The position numbers and the translations under genes were made by a program. Below the pieces are notes generated by a model that did not search any database, had not been told where the DNA came from, and worked only from the letters and a program-made list of their open reading frames with translations. Below are positions 1 to 10,423 of a stretch of 17,456 nucleotides of DNA, piece after piece; within the stretch, counting starts at the first letter, position 1; each line of letters opens with the position of its first letter. Source of the DNA: Octopus sinensis (Eukaryota). The DNA lies in NCBI RefSeq assembly GCF_006345805.1, contig NW_021824624.1, forward strand, positions 1-17,456, given 5' to 3'.

Positions 1-50
1 ATAAATAAAATGGTAAAATTTTAAAGCTACAGAACATATTGTCTAGGGTG

Positions 51-130
51 ATATACAGATACACACACATACATATATACATACATACATATAGACATTC
101 ATATATACATACAAATATGTATGTATATGT
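51..130. repeat. (ACAT)/(AT) low-complexity microsatellite
   Basis: Runs of acat/atat/atgt. Confidence 0.85.
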
Positions 131-511
131 CACATTATTCCCAAGTGTTTGTGCTTAGCTCTGCTTCCCCTCTGCCATCTACCTGTATGTATGTATGTGT
201 GTATATATGAATGAGTGTATATGTCCACGCACACATGGAAATGAAGTAGTGAGAGTGTGTATGGTTGCATGTATGTTGATGCATGGCAATCACTTTTGTC
301 ATACTGGAGCTCTTGAAATTATCAATAAAACAATCATCACCATCATCATAAACATCAGCATCAGCTTATCCAGTGTATTAGAGAGTAAACCATTAGTCCT
401 CCTCTGCTTCACTCCACCATCTCAACTCTTAACACTCAAGCGAGTGGAGCACATAAACGTTTGTCATCGCAGCATCAACCTCTTTTCTGTATCTTTCTTA
501 TAGACACTTCC

Positions 512-538
512 ATATGTATGTATGTATGTATGTATGTA

Positions 539-586
<48 letters not shown>

Positions 587-1075
587 CATATATATATACA
601 TACATATATATATATATACATATATACATATATATATAAACATATATATATATATACACAAACACAAAAATATATACACATATTAATATACAAACAACAC
701 ACACACACACACACACATATATACGTATATACTTACATATATTCATACGGATATATATTCATACATATATATATATACATACATACATATATACATGCAT
801 ATATATATATAAATATACATGCATATATATATATACATATACCTACATATATACATTTATATATGCACATATATACACATACATGTATACATATACCTAC
901 ATATATACATTTATATATACACATACATATATACATATACCTACATATATACACATACATATATACATATATATATACATATATGTATACACACATATAT
1001 GTATATATGTGTGTGTGTGTACACACACAGACACACACACATATATATACACAAATATTTTCACACATATCTATG
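512..1075. repeat. Compound (TATG)n/(TA)n/(ACAT)n/(CA)n microsatellite
   Basis: Directly visible; source of the IY/HT-rich ORFs. Confidence 0.95.
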
Positions 1076-1189
1076 TATTTAAATGCTTTACAATAACAAA
1101 CAGAAGGTAGCTAAAGGGTGAAGTAACTCTTGTCACCAGAGTGAGGGGGAGAAAGAAAAGGACAAGGGAATGATGTGACAATATATATA

Positions 1190-1352
1190 CATTATCATCA
1201 TCATCATCATCATCTAACATTCATCCTCCATACTGGCATTGGTTGGACGGTTTGGCAGGTTCCAACAAGCTGCAGGGCTGTGCTGAGCTTCAGGGTCAGC
1301 GTCAGCATGTTTTCTATGGCTGGATGACCTTCCTACTGCCAACCGCCTTATA
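1190..1352 (-). mobile_element. Degraded (GAT)n-tailed retroposon fragment (family B)
   Basis: (ATC)n followed by ...ggttggacgg...ctatggctggatgaccttcctactgccaacc, matching the copies at 3051 and 13147. Confidence 0.65.
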
Positions 1353-1366
1353 GCGTTTGTGTGTAT

Positions 1367-1644
1367 GTAGAGGCACATGACCAAATCATTCAGGTATTCA
1401 ATTAAAAAAAATCATGAGTTTGTAAGTTTGACATCCCGTGGCACTTTGAGCAAGACACTTTATTTTACATTGCTCCATCCAGCTGGACCAATATGAAATA
1501 ATGAGTTGTACTTGTATTTCAAAGGGCCAGCCTTGTCACATTCTGATCCATGCTGAGTCTGGTTATTTATGTAGGTCTGTGGAGCACTCAGCCAGGCATT
1601 TATTTCACAAGTAGGCCATTCTGTTGATCAAATCAACTGTAACA
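1367..1644 (+). mobile_element. Degraded tRNA-derived SINE (family D)
   Basis: gagcaagacactttatttt...atgagttgtacttgtatttcaaagggccagccttgtcac...tctgtggagcactcagcc matches the reverse complement of the intact copy at 9050-9376. Confidence 0.8.
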
Positions 1645-1671
1645 CATATCACATACACACACACACACACA

Positions 1672-1830
1672 ATATATATATACGATGGGCTTCTTTCAGT
1701 TTCTGTAAACAAAATCCACTCACAAGGCTTTGGTTGGCCCAAGGCTATAGTAGAGATACTTGCCCAAGACTGAATCCAGAACCATATGGTTGGGAGGTTG
1801 GGAAGCAAGATCCCTACTACACAGCCACTC
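1672..1830 (-). mobile_element. 5' part of tRNA-derived CORE-like SINE (family C)
   Basis: gggcttctttcagttt...aaatccactcacaaggctttgg...acacagccactc matches 14352-14515. Confidence 0.85.
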
Positions 1831-1833
1831 ATG

Positions 1834-2044
1834 ATATATATAGGGAGGGTTTACGAAAAAAGCAAAAGATGAAGACAGGTGGTGTACAAAACAAACAGAT
1901 GTATTAGTATAACGCTCAGGAATAGAAAAAGTCTTTTACGTTTCGAGCCTACGCTCTTCTACAGAAACGGACACAGAAAAACAAGGGAGAGAAACAAGGA
2001 GAGAAAAAATGTGTGTAGTGGCTAACGATCTATCATGGCGACTG
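1834..2044 (-). mobile_element. Short non-autonomous Penelope-like element end carrying a hammerhead-like motif
   Basis: Minus strand reads CTGTAGAAGAGCGTAGGCTCGAAACGT, resembling the CTGAnGA(A)G..CGAAAC motif of Penelope-like element repeats. Bounded by (TA)n, with identical 14-mers TGATATATATAGGG at 1832-1845 and 2043-2056. No RT or GIY-YIG ORF present. Confidence 0.55.
1931..1972 (-). ncRNA. Degenerate minimal type I hammerhead ribozyme-like motif
   Basis: GUC-CG-UUU CUGUAGA A GAGC-GUAG-GCUC GAAA CGU A AAA-GAC. Helix II is 4 bp with a tetraloop, helix III is the palindromic ACGU, and helix I is 6 bp with a 2-nt bulge. The core has U at A6 and an extra A before helix II. Confidence 0.5.
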
Positions 2045-2054
2045 ATATATATAG

Positions 2055-2190
2055 GGTTAGGAAGGGCACCCAAGTGCAGAAAACCATGCCAAACCAGACT
2101 GGAACATGGTGTAGCTTTCTCTCACTTACCAGTTCCATTCAAATCGTGTAACCCGTGCCAGCATGGAAAGTAGACCTAAATGATAATGAT
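2055..2190 (+). mobile_element. 3' fragment of (GAT)n-tailed retroposon (family B)
   Basis: gttaggaagggcacc...gccaaaccagactgg...cccgtgccagcatggaaagtagacctaaatgataatgatg is a diverged reverse complement of 3051-3190. Confidence 0.8.
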
Positions 2191-2849
2191 GGAGAGAGAG
2201 AGAACCTGTTCCTCTTATGAAGTAGCAACATGTTGAGAAAACTCCATAGTAACAGGGCATCATTCTAAATAATGCGTAGGTTTGAGTATTTGTATATATA
2301 TTAATGCTTCAGTAGAAACACTCCGAGAAATCTATATGTGATCATTTAAATCTGTTAGAGAGATGCTAGCTATTTGCCTCCCGTGAGAAACACTTGACAA
2401 GCTTCAGAAAGCAGAGAAAAACATTAAAGCCAGGGTATGTTATATCATCTGGTCCCAGAAATACACTATTCCAACAACGGAAACAAAAATGCAAGCCCAA
2501 AAGAATGCAACCCCAAAAGAAAAGAAAAACCAATACAAGAATGTCGTTTGCTTTTGATCATTGTTTGGTAGCATTGGAACCATCTTGGAGTCAAACAACA
2601 ATAGGGAGCTTAACCTAAATTTTTTGTGTTGTTTTTTTTTTGTTTTCCAAGTAAGAAAAATAGCTTATTTTCATATTATGATGATGAAGTGTGTCAAGGT
2701 AAGTGCTTTACTGTGAAATCTAAAAGAATTTTCACAACAAACTGACTCCATTAGGGGATTGTGAGGGATTTCGAAAACAGACTGGAACTTTTCTACTTTC
2801 TCTTTGCAGCATCACTTATGACATTGATAAATGGATGAGGAAGCAAGAG

Positions 2850-2985
2850 ATTATGTATGGGTGCCTGTGTGCTTATATACACTGATACATATACGTCTGT
2901 GTATTCATATACACACATATACATATATATATTTGTATGTATAGATGTGTCTCTGTGTGTGTATACACACACACAGATATACACA
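2850..2985. repeat. (TA)/(TG)/(CA) low-complexity tract
   Basis: Directly visible. Confidence 0.75.
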
Positions 2986-3050
2986 TAAAGCTGTTTTCAA
3001 CTGTCTGAAAATGATTGTACCTTTCTCTCTTATATATATATATATATATA

Positions 3051-3285
3051 TCATCATCATCATCGTTTAACGTCCGCTTTCCCTGCTAGCATGAGTTGGA
3101 TGGTTCGACCGCGGTCTGGAAAACCAGGAGGATGCACCAGGCTCCAGTCTGATCTGGCAGTGTTTCTACAGTGGATGCCCTTCATAACGCCAACCACTCC
3201 GTGAGTGTAGTGGGTGCTTTTTACATGCCACCGGCACAGGTGCCAGGGGAGGCCGGCAACGGCCACGATCGGTTGGTGCTTTTTA

Positions 3286-3289
<4 letters not shown>
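3051..3289 (-). mobile_element. (GAT)n-tailed retroposon (family B), flanked by (TA)n on both sides
   Basis: catcatcatcatcgtttaacgtccgctttccc...ggatgcccttcataacgccaaccactccg...gtgctttttacatgccaccggcac, collinear with 13147-13510. (TA)n at about 3031-3050 and 3291-3338. Confidence 0.9.
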
Positions 3290-3327
<38 letters not shown>

Positions 3328-3452
3328 TATATATATATAAGGGGTCATTAGGATCTGTTAACATTCAAAAATGCAATACATCTATTTATCTCAGTCAATT
3401 AAAAAAAAATTATTGTATTTCCTAATTAAAAAATAGAATAAAAATATAACAA

Positions 3453-3685
3453 TACTGGTTTCAAAATTTGGCACAAGGCCTACAATTTCAGGAGAAAGGG
3501 AATGTTGATTACATTGATCCCAGTACTGAACTGGTACATATTCAATTAATCATGAAAGGATGAAAGCCCCGCACCTCCAAGTTGACCTTGGGGCTTTGTG
3601 GGATTTGAACTCAGAACACGAAGATTGACAAAATGCTTAGTAGCATCTTATCTGGCATGTTAACGATTCTTGCAGCTCATCTCCT
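3453..3685 (-). mobile_element. tRNA-like-head SINE (family A), degraded near-full copy
   Basis: ttggcacaaggcc...cccagtactgaactggtac...gaaaggatgaaag...atttgaactcagaac...taacgattcttgcagctcatc matches 11287-11519 and 13896-14091. Confidence 0.85.
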
Positions 3686-4136
3686 AAATACTATTAATAA
3701 TTATTTCATTACCTTTCATTGGTATAAAGGCTACTGTTTATTCAATTAAGCCTTGTTCTACAGATGAATATTAGCATTAAGATAATTAATTAGACTTAAA
3801 GAGAGATCTAAAAAAATCATCTGCAAAACTTATTCCTACGGCTTCAGAATTGCTTTATAGTTTCTAGGTTCATAATAGTGATAGTCAAATTTAAATAAAA
3901 TTAACGGGCAGTCTAAATCTATTTCAAAATAATAAATTCTTTTCGTTAATTCGTTTTTATTAATTAATTCTACCATAAATAAAACTCAAGTTATACAAAT
4001 TTTAAAATTACACAAGAACTTTAATATTCACTTTGATTAAACGCTGTCATCTTGATCACCATCATTATTGCTATTTATCAACATCATCATCATCATTATT
4101 ATTATTATTATTATTGTTACCATTACTCTTATTAAA

Positions 4137-4255
4137 GATGGTGAGCTGGCAGAATTTTTAGCATGCTGGATGAAATGCTTAGCGGTATTTCGCTCGTCTC
4201 TGCATTCTGGGTTCAAATTCAACTGAGGTTGATTTTCAATGTGACACTGGGGTAA
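4137..4255 (+). mobile_element. SINE family A, 5' fragment
   Basis: ggtgagctggcagaatttttagcatgctggatgaaatgcttagcggtatttcg...ttctgggttcaaattc, containing a B-box-like GGTTCAAATTC. Confidence 0.85.
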
Positions 4256-4269
4256 AATATATGAAGCCT

Positions 4270-4768
4270 AGTATACCCATCATGGCTACCCATCTGATAA
4301 GGGTACACCAGGTACATGCATCACAACCATATGTGCGAGACATAGTGATCTCATATCAAGATAAACAGCACATGACCTTGCAAGTTGGGCCCAGCTAGAA
4401 TTTTCTTCTGGTTGAGTAACCCATCCTGCTCAAAAGGTCCCTGAATAAGGGTTGTTTAAGGATGTTGAATGAAACACCCATGTTTCCAAGGATGAATTAT
4501 TCAAACCCCAAAGAATCCCTCTCAACACATGGCTATGATGCTCCCCCACTACTTCTGCTCGTGATCAGAGATGCACATATTGTCAGCCACTAAGGGACAT
4601 GCTCAACAGGTTAAGGTCAAACAACTGACAAGCAAATCTATGGTATTGAGCAGAATATTTGCTGTATCCCATCTTTTATACAAAGACAAAACAATGTACA
4701 TGATAACACTTCCAATCAATTAAGATCAGAGGCCACGAGAGCTACTGCCTGGTACTGTATCAGGGCAT
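4270..4768 (+). mobile_element. Unclassified ~500 bp interspersed repeat (family E) ending in an (ATT)n tail
   Basis: Higher-complexity block between SINE fragments with no convincing reading frame, followed by (ATT)n at 4768-4803. I recall it as an octopus repeat; only one copy is in the window. Confidence 0.5.
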
Positions 4769-4772
4769 TATT

Positions 4773-4804
<32 letters not shown>

Positions 4805-4807
4805 AAA

Positions 4808-4945
4808 AATGGTAGAACCAAGTGGCAAGCTGGACAAAATGTTTAGCAGTATCTGTCTTCATACTCTACCACGGTTGACTTTGTTTTTCCTTATGAGGTT
4901 CAGCAGTGGGGTCAAATAAATTTCAGGCCTAGCCCTTAGAGAAGA
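4808..4945 (+). mobile_element. Highly degraded SINE family A
   Basis: acaaaatgtttagcagtat...gttgactttg...ggggtcaa...aatttcaggcctagccc follows family A motif order with deletions. Confidence 0.6.
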
Positions 4946-4949
4946 TAAG

Positions 4950-6049
4950 ATTATTATTATTATTATCATTATTATTATTAGTAGTAGTAGTAGTAATAGT
5001 AGTAGTATTATCATTACTATTGTCAACATTACTACCACTACCATCACCATCGTCATCATTATCTTTATCATCACCATCATCATCATCAACATCGTCATAA
5101 TCATCAGTCATCATCATCATCAACATAATCATCATCGTCATCATCATCATCATCATCAACATCGTCATAATCATCATCGTCATCAACATCGTCATCATAA
5201 TCATCATCGTCATCATCATCATCATCCACATTGCCTTTATCATCCTAATCATTATTCTTACTGTTAAACCGTTATCTTTATCATCATCATTGTCGCAGGC
5301 ATTATTTTATCGATGCAATTATCAGAACCGTTATCATTTTTGCCATCAACATTATGTAATAAATAAATCGTGATAATTTGTAAGGACAATAATTAGTAGG
5401 CAGTTGTTATTATTATTGTCATCGTAACGATATCTTTCCCCGATCATAACCCTATCTATCACCACCTTCATCATCATCATCATCGTCACCACCATGATTG
5501 CAATAACAATCAACATCATCATCCTCATCATCATCAATATAATGATATCTTTATTATCATCATCCTCATCATCATCAATATAATGATATCTTTATTATCA
5601 TCATCCTCATCATCATCAATATAATGATATCTTTATTATCATCTTCCTCATCATCCTTCTATCGTTAAACAAACTAATCCTTTCATTCTAATTGCTGTTA
5701 TCAATAATAACTTTTTTCTTCTTCTTCTTCTTCCTGTAATGCTTAATACAATGCAAGCTAGCACAACTAGTAAGTTAAAAGCTACTTTCCACTTGATCAT
5801 CATCATCATCATCAACATCATAATCATCATCATCAACATCGTCATAATTATCATCGTCATCATCATTATCATCATCATCATCATAGTCGTCATCGTCATC
5901 ATTATCATCAACATCGTCATAATCATCATCATCATCAACATCGTCATCAACATCGTCATCATCATCATCATCATCAACATTGTCATTATCATCATCATCA
6001 ACATCGTCATAATCATCATCGTCATCATCATCATCATCAACATTGTCAT

Positions 6050-6082
<33 letters not shown>

Positions 6083-6122
6083 AGTCATCATCGTCATCCT
6101 CATCATCATCATCATTATTACT
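4950..6122. repeat. Large trinucleotide field: (ATT)n, (AGT)n and degenerate (ATC)n with GTC/AAC/ATA variants
   Basis: Directly visible; source of the poly-M, poly-I and poly-D ORFs. Confidence 0.95.
5521..5656. repeat. 41-bp tandem repeat, about 3.3 copies
   Basis: ATCCTCATCATCATCAATATAATGATATCTTTATTATCATC starts at 5521, 5562 and 5603. Confidence 0.9.
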
Positions 6123-6657
6123 GTGACTTTAGAATTGCTAACGTGTCTGAATATCTTGCGTAACATCTCTGACCCTCACTTTATTTCCATAGAAGCATTT
6201 GTGTTTATTCCCCCATATTTTATGATACCTTTCTATAAAGTGTGTGTTATTGTATGTATGAAAGAACCCTGGCAGCAATAATAAAGGACCATCATCATAA
6301 TCATCATTATTATTATTATTATTATTATTTGAGGGAGAAGAGTTCTATTTCGATGCATAAATTTATTGATGATCTTCACAAGTGTTATTTCATTATGTTA
6401 AAGTGTTCAATTACTTCTTTGATATCATTCCATAGCTGACTTGCTTCGTTATGTTAATGATTTTTATTATGTCTTTGATTTTGTTCCATAGTTAAGCTTG
6501 TTTAACCAGTAACACTCTAACAAGCATCTTGACAACCATGGCATTACACACATCATTATGGGGGTGAAGAAATGACAGAACCATTAAAATATTCGAGGAC
6601 AAAATGCCTCGCTCTATGTCGGACACCGAGGTCAACTTATCCTTTTTATCTTTCCAG

Positions 6658-6795
6658 CATTCATCATCTTTGTTTTAATGCACATTTTTCCATACTTGCA
6701 GGGAGCACCTGGATGGAATTTGTTGAAGCAAATTTACTACAGTCGGATGCTCTTTCTGTCACTAACCCTCCATCTATTTCCAAGGAAGGCAATAT
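6658..6795 (-). mobile_element. Degraded family B variant
   Basis: catcatctttgttttaatgcacatttttccatacttgc...ctacagtcggatgctctttctgtcactaacc parallels the family B tail and GGATGCCCTTCC motif. Confidence 0.6.
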
Positions 6796-6811
6796 ATATA
6801 TATATATATAT

Positions 6812-6969
6812 ATATGACAGGCTTCTTTCAGTTTTTGTCTACCAAATCGACTCACAAGATTTTGGTCTGCATAAAGCTATATTAGAAGACATTTGCCCAT
6901 GCTGCCACGCAGTGGGACAGAACCTAGAACCATGTAGTTTGGAAACAAATGCCTTACCACACAACCACA
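6812..6969 (-). mobile_element. 5' part of tRNA-derived CORE-like SINE (family C)
   Basis: gacaggcttctttcagttt...ctaccaaatcgactcacaag...gaagacatttgccca...gcagtgggacagaacc...ttaccacacaaccac matches 14352-14515. Confidence 0.85.
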
Positions 6970-6974
6970 ACTGA

Positions 6975-7062
6975 TAAAATAAGTGCCAGTCAAGTACCAG
7001 TGTCAATGTAATCAACTATCCCCTAACCCCCAAATTTCAGGTCTTTGTGCCTATAAAAAAAG
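6975..7062 (+). mobile_element. SINE family A, 3' fragment
   Basis: gataaaataagtgccagtcaagtaccagtgtcaatgtaatcaact...cccccaaatttcaggtctttgtgcct matches the family A 3' half. Confidence 0.7.
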
Positions 7063-7145
7063 GGAGCTATTTCTGTTAGGATTCTTCTTTATGTTATCAT
7101 TATCAAAAAATTATCAACATATTCCAAATGGGTAGTAATCAGAAA

Positions 7146-7183
7146 TACACACACCACATACATACACATATATATATTTGTAT

Positions 7184-7235
<52 letters not shown>

Positions 7236-7694
7236 ACATATATATATATACTATATATATAATACACACATATATATATATATATACATGTATACATATA
7301 TTATATATTATACATATACATATATATATATACATATATATATACATATACACACATATATATATATATACATATATATATGTATATATACATACATACA
7401 TATCTATATATATATACATACATATCTATATATATATACATACATACATACATATCTATATATATACATACATACATACATATCTATATATATACATACA
7501 TACATACATATCTATATATATACATACATACATACATATATATATATACATACATACATACATATCTATATATATACATACATACATACATATCTATATA
7601 TATACATACATACATATCTATATATATACATACATATCTATATATATACATACATATCTATATGTATATATACATACATATCTATATGTATGTG

Positions 7695-7752
<58 letters not shown>
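7146..7752. repeat. Compound (TA)/(CATA) microsatellite with embedded CATATCTA(TA)n(CATA)n minisatellite, ending in (TG)n
   Basis: TATCTA recurs 11 times between about 7400 and 7685 with variable spacing. Confidence 0.95.
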
Positions 7753-8508
7753 ATAAAAATTACAATCAAAGAAAATGATGAAAGAGGCAGGAATGAGGAG
7801 AGAGAGGGTGTGAGTTGATATGTGGTGAAGGAAGTGGGAGGGATGGTAGAAGAGAATGAAGAAGATGAAGTAGAAAAAAAATAGGATATCAATGAAATGA
7901 AAGAGGAGAAAAAATAGGAGAAATGGAGGTGGAAAGGGAATTTGAACCAAGGGAGAGAAAGTCGGAATGAGCAATTATCCACAAATATTTTGGTTGCGCT
8001 CCTTATTCTTTTGTAGATGGAACGAACCCTATTCCAGATTGTAAATATAACAGCAGTAGTGACTGTGGTGGTGGTGGTGATGTTGGTGGGGGTGGGGTGG
8101 CAGTAGCAGCTGTAGTAGTAGCAGCAGCAGAAGAAGAGGAAATTACTGCTTGAGGCAATGTCTTTTATGATGAAGTTGATGAAGTAGAACATAACAACAA
8201 AGACAACAACAACAAAAAAACAACACCAAAAAATACAAGAAATATGAAAAAAAAAATTTTAAACTACACCTCTTCATCACCAGCGTTTCTTTCATCCTCC
8301 TTCTCTCTCTCCCCCAAAACAACCCCATGGTGGGAGAATATTTGTGTAGGTAGGTAGGTAGGTGGTGATACAGTAATGGTATTCAGAAAATTAAATTCTA
8401 ATTGTGTATGTATGTGATTATATATACTTGTGATTATATATATGCTTGTCAGTAGAATATATTTAAGAGACTGTGTCACTAAAATAAAATAAATGGTGTT
8501 TATTGGGG

Positions 8509-8745
8509 TATGTGCTGAATACTATGTCTTAGGAGTAGGACCAAGATGTCAATAAAAAATATGCTGAATACAATGTCATTGGATGAAAAAACCGAAAGTG
8601 AAATATGTTGAAGGTTGTGTTTTAGGAGTAAGAACAAGCTATCACCAGAATATATGTTGAATACTGTGTCATTGGATTAAAAACCAAAAGTGAAATATGC
8701 TGAATACTGTGTCATTGCATGAAGAACTGTCATTGAATATACTAA
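8509..8745. repeat. Diverged tandem repeat of alternating ~49 and ~44 bp monomers (dimer period ~93 bp)
   Basis: Core TATGYTGAATAC..TGTC at 8509, 8560, 8604, 8653 and 8696, with alternating tails TTAGGAGTARGAMCAAG and ATTGGAT.AAAAACC.AAAGTGAAA. Confidence 0.8.
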
Positions 8746-8958
8746 ATTATTTGTGCCAAGTTGTAAAAGACTTTCATAAGTAGCAAAACAAACAACAACA
8801 ACAAAAAAAAAAGAAAAAAAAAAAAATAATAACCCACTGAACTGTGAAATTTTTTTTTCCAAATACCCTGAAGAATTTTGAAGAACGCAATTGGTTTGGA
8901 CAGTTGCTGAATCTTGTTTTGCAATGTCTTTATTTTAACAAGCCACCAGAGAAGAAGA

Positions 8959-9015
<57 letters not shown>
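8959..9015. repeat. Perfect (AAT)19
   Basis: Counted directly. Confidence 0.95.
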
Positions 9016-9017
<2 letters not shown>

Positions 9018-9049
9018 ACTAAAGCATCTGCTTTTCCTCTACGGTGCTT

Positions 9050-9376
9050 TTAAAAAGACTCCGCCGGTTACGACGACGAGGGTCCCAGCTGATACGATCA
9101 ACGGAACAGCTTGCTCGTGAAATTAACGTGCAAATGGCTGAGCATTCCACAGACACGTGTACCCTTAACGTAGTTCTCGGGGAAAATCAGCGTGACACGG
9201 AGAGTGACAAGGCTGACCCTTTGAAATACAAGTACAACTCATTTTTGCCAGCTGAGTGGACTGGAGCAACGTGAAATAAAGTGTCTTGCTCAGGGACACA
9301 ACGCGTCGCTGGGAATCGAACTCACAACCTTACGATCATGAGCCGAATGCCCTAACCACTAAGCCACGCGCCCTCC
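9050..9376 (-). mobile_element. Full-length tRNA-derived SINE (family D) with 11-bp target-site duplication
   Basis: Minus-strand head GGAGGGCGCGTGGCTTAGTGGTTAGGGCATTCGGCTCATGATCGTAAGGTTGTGAGTTCGATTCCC has A box TGGCTTAGTGG and B box GTTCGATTCC, followed by CORE-like GTGTCCCTGAGCAAGACAC. TSD CTACGGTGCTT at 9039-9049 and 9377-9387. Confidence 0.92.
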
Positions 9377-9807
9377 CTACGGTGCTTAACTGCAGCTAAA
9401 AGGATGTCCGAGGAGGGTGGAATAGTGGGGAGATATTTAGCAGATGCCATTGCCAGGAATTATTCAGTACCAATGTATCAAAAGATGGTCTTTGGTCTTC
9501 TTTGGAGAATGCTACAGCATTAATAAAAGTCTAAAAGAAAAGAGTGGCTTTGGCAATAAATCAGACAGACACAAGTACATCTGCATCTGTGTAGTGGCTT
9601 TTTTTTTTTATATTTTATTTTGTTTGTTTGTTCTTTCTTTCTTTTTTTTGTTTTGTTTTTTTTTGGTGTTGTGTCTTTTTTTCTTCTTTTCTTTTTAATA
9701 ATTTAGTCGGAAGAAAGAGAGGAACAGTTGCAGTGACCTTTGTAGGTTCTCTCCTCTCCCTGCTTCCCCCCCCTTTCAAGATGTTTTAAAAAGATGGCAC
9801 CAATGCT

Positions 9808-10384
9808 GCGTGTGTATGTAAGTGCTCATGTGTGCACGCACGTGTGTGTGTGTCTGTGTGTGTGTGTGTGTGCATGTGTGTGTATGCGTGTGTATGTAAG
9901 CACACATGTGTGTGTATGTGTGTGTATGTAAGCACACGTGTGTGTATGTGTGTGTATGTAAGCACACGTGTGTGTGTGTGTGTATGCGTGTGTATGTAAG
10001 CACACGTGTGTGTATGTGTGTGTATGTAAGCACACGTGTGTGTGTGTATGCGTGTGTATGTAAGCACACGTGTGTGTGTGTGTATGTAAGCACACGTGTG
10101 TGTGTGTGTGTATGCATGTGTATGTAAGCACACGTGTGTGTGTGTGTATGCGTGTGTATGTAAGTTCACGTGTGTGTGTGTGTGTGTATGCGTGTGTATG
10201 TAAGCACACGTGTGTGTGTGTGTATGCGTGTGTATGTAAGCACACGTGTGTGTGTGTGTATGTAAGCACACGTGTGTGTGTGTGTGTGTATGCATGTGTA
10301 TGTAAGCACACGTGTGTGTGTGTGTGTGTATGCGTGTGTATGTAAGTTCACGTGTGTGTGTGTGTATGCGTGTGTATGTAAGCA

Positions 10385-10420
<36 letters not shown>
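9808..10420. repeat. Minisatellite: constant TATGTAAGCACACG motif separated by variable (TG)n
   Basis: 15 GTAAG(CA/TT)CAC units between 9895 and 10390; 15 CACGTG hexamers in 9839-10390. Confidence 0.95.

Positions 10421-10423
<3 letters not shown>

Noticed and set aside
461-1110. Long ORFs on both strands (up to 211 aa) rich in I/Y/H/T/C/V
   Set aside because: Translations of (TA)/(CATA)/(TG) microsatellites, which lack stops in several frames. The same applies to 7114-8192, 9776-10595 and 14625-17111.
2640-2810. Plus-strand splice-like motifs (CAAG|GTAAGT at about 2698; TTTCTCTTTGCAG at about 2808)
   Set aside because: No open, protein-like frame is linked to them; isolated consensus matches are expected by chance.
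4859-6281. Poly-Met, poly-Ile and poly-Asp ORFs
   Set aside because: Readings of (ATC)n/(GAT)n arrays with no splice or domain context.
8509-8745. CRISPR-like repeat/spacer appearance (also 9895-10390)
   Set aside because: Eukaryotic context, spacers are not unique (alternating tails or pure TG), repeats are degenerate, and there are no cas genes.
9044-9274. 76-aa ORF with normal-looking composition
   Set aside because: Lies within the antisense strand of the family D SINE bounded by a TSD.
9305-9376. Possible tRNA-Met gene (CAT loop); similar tRNA-like heads at 12317 and 14450-14515
   Set aside because: Acceptor and anticodon stems do not pair properly, and each continues into a SINE body.
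9395-9530. Minus-strand acceptor (TTTTCTTTTAG) opening a ~44-codon frame as the candidate next exon
   Set aside because: The peptide (TFINAVAFSKEDQ...) does not complete an FN3 domain and runs into a stop with no convincing donor.
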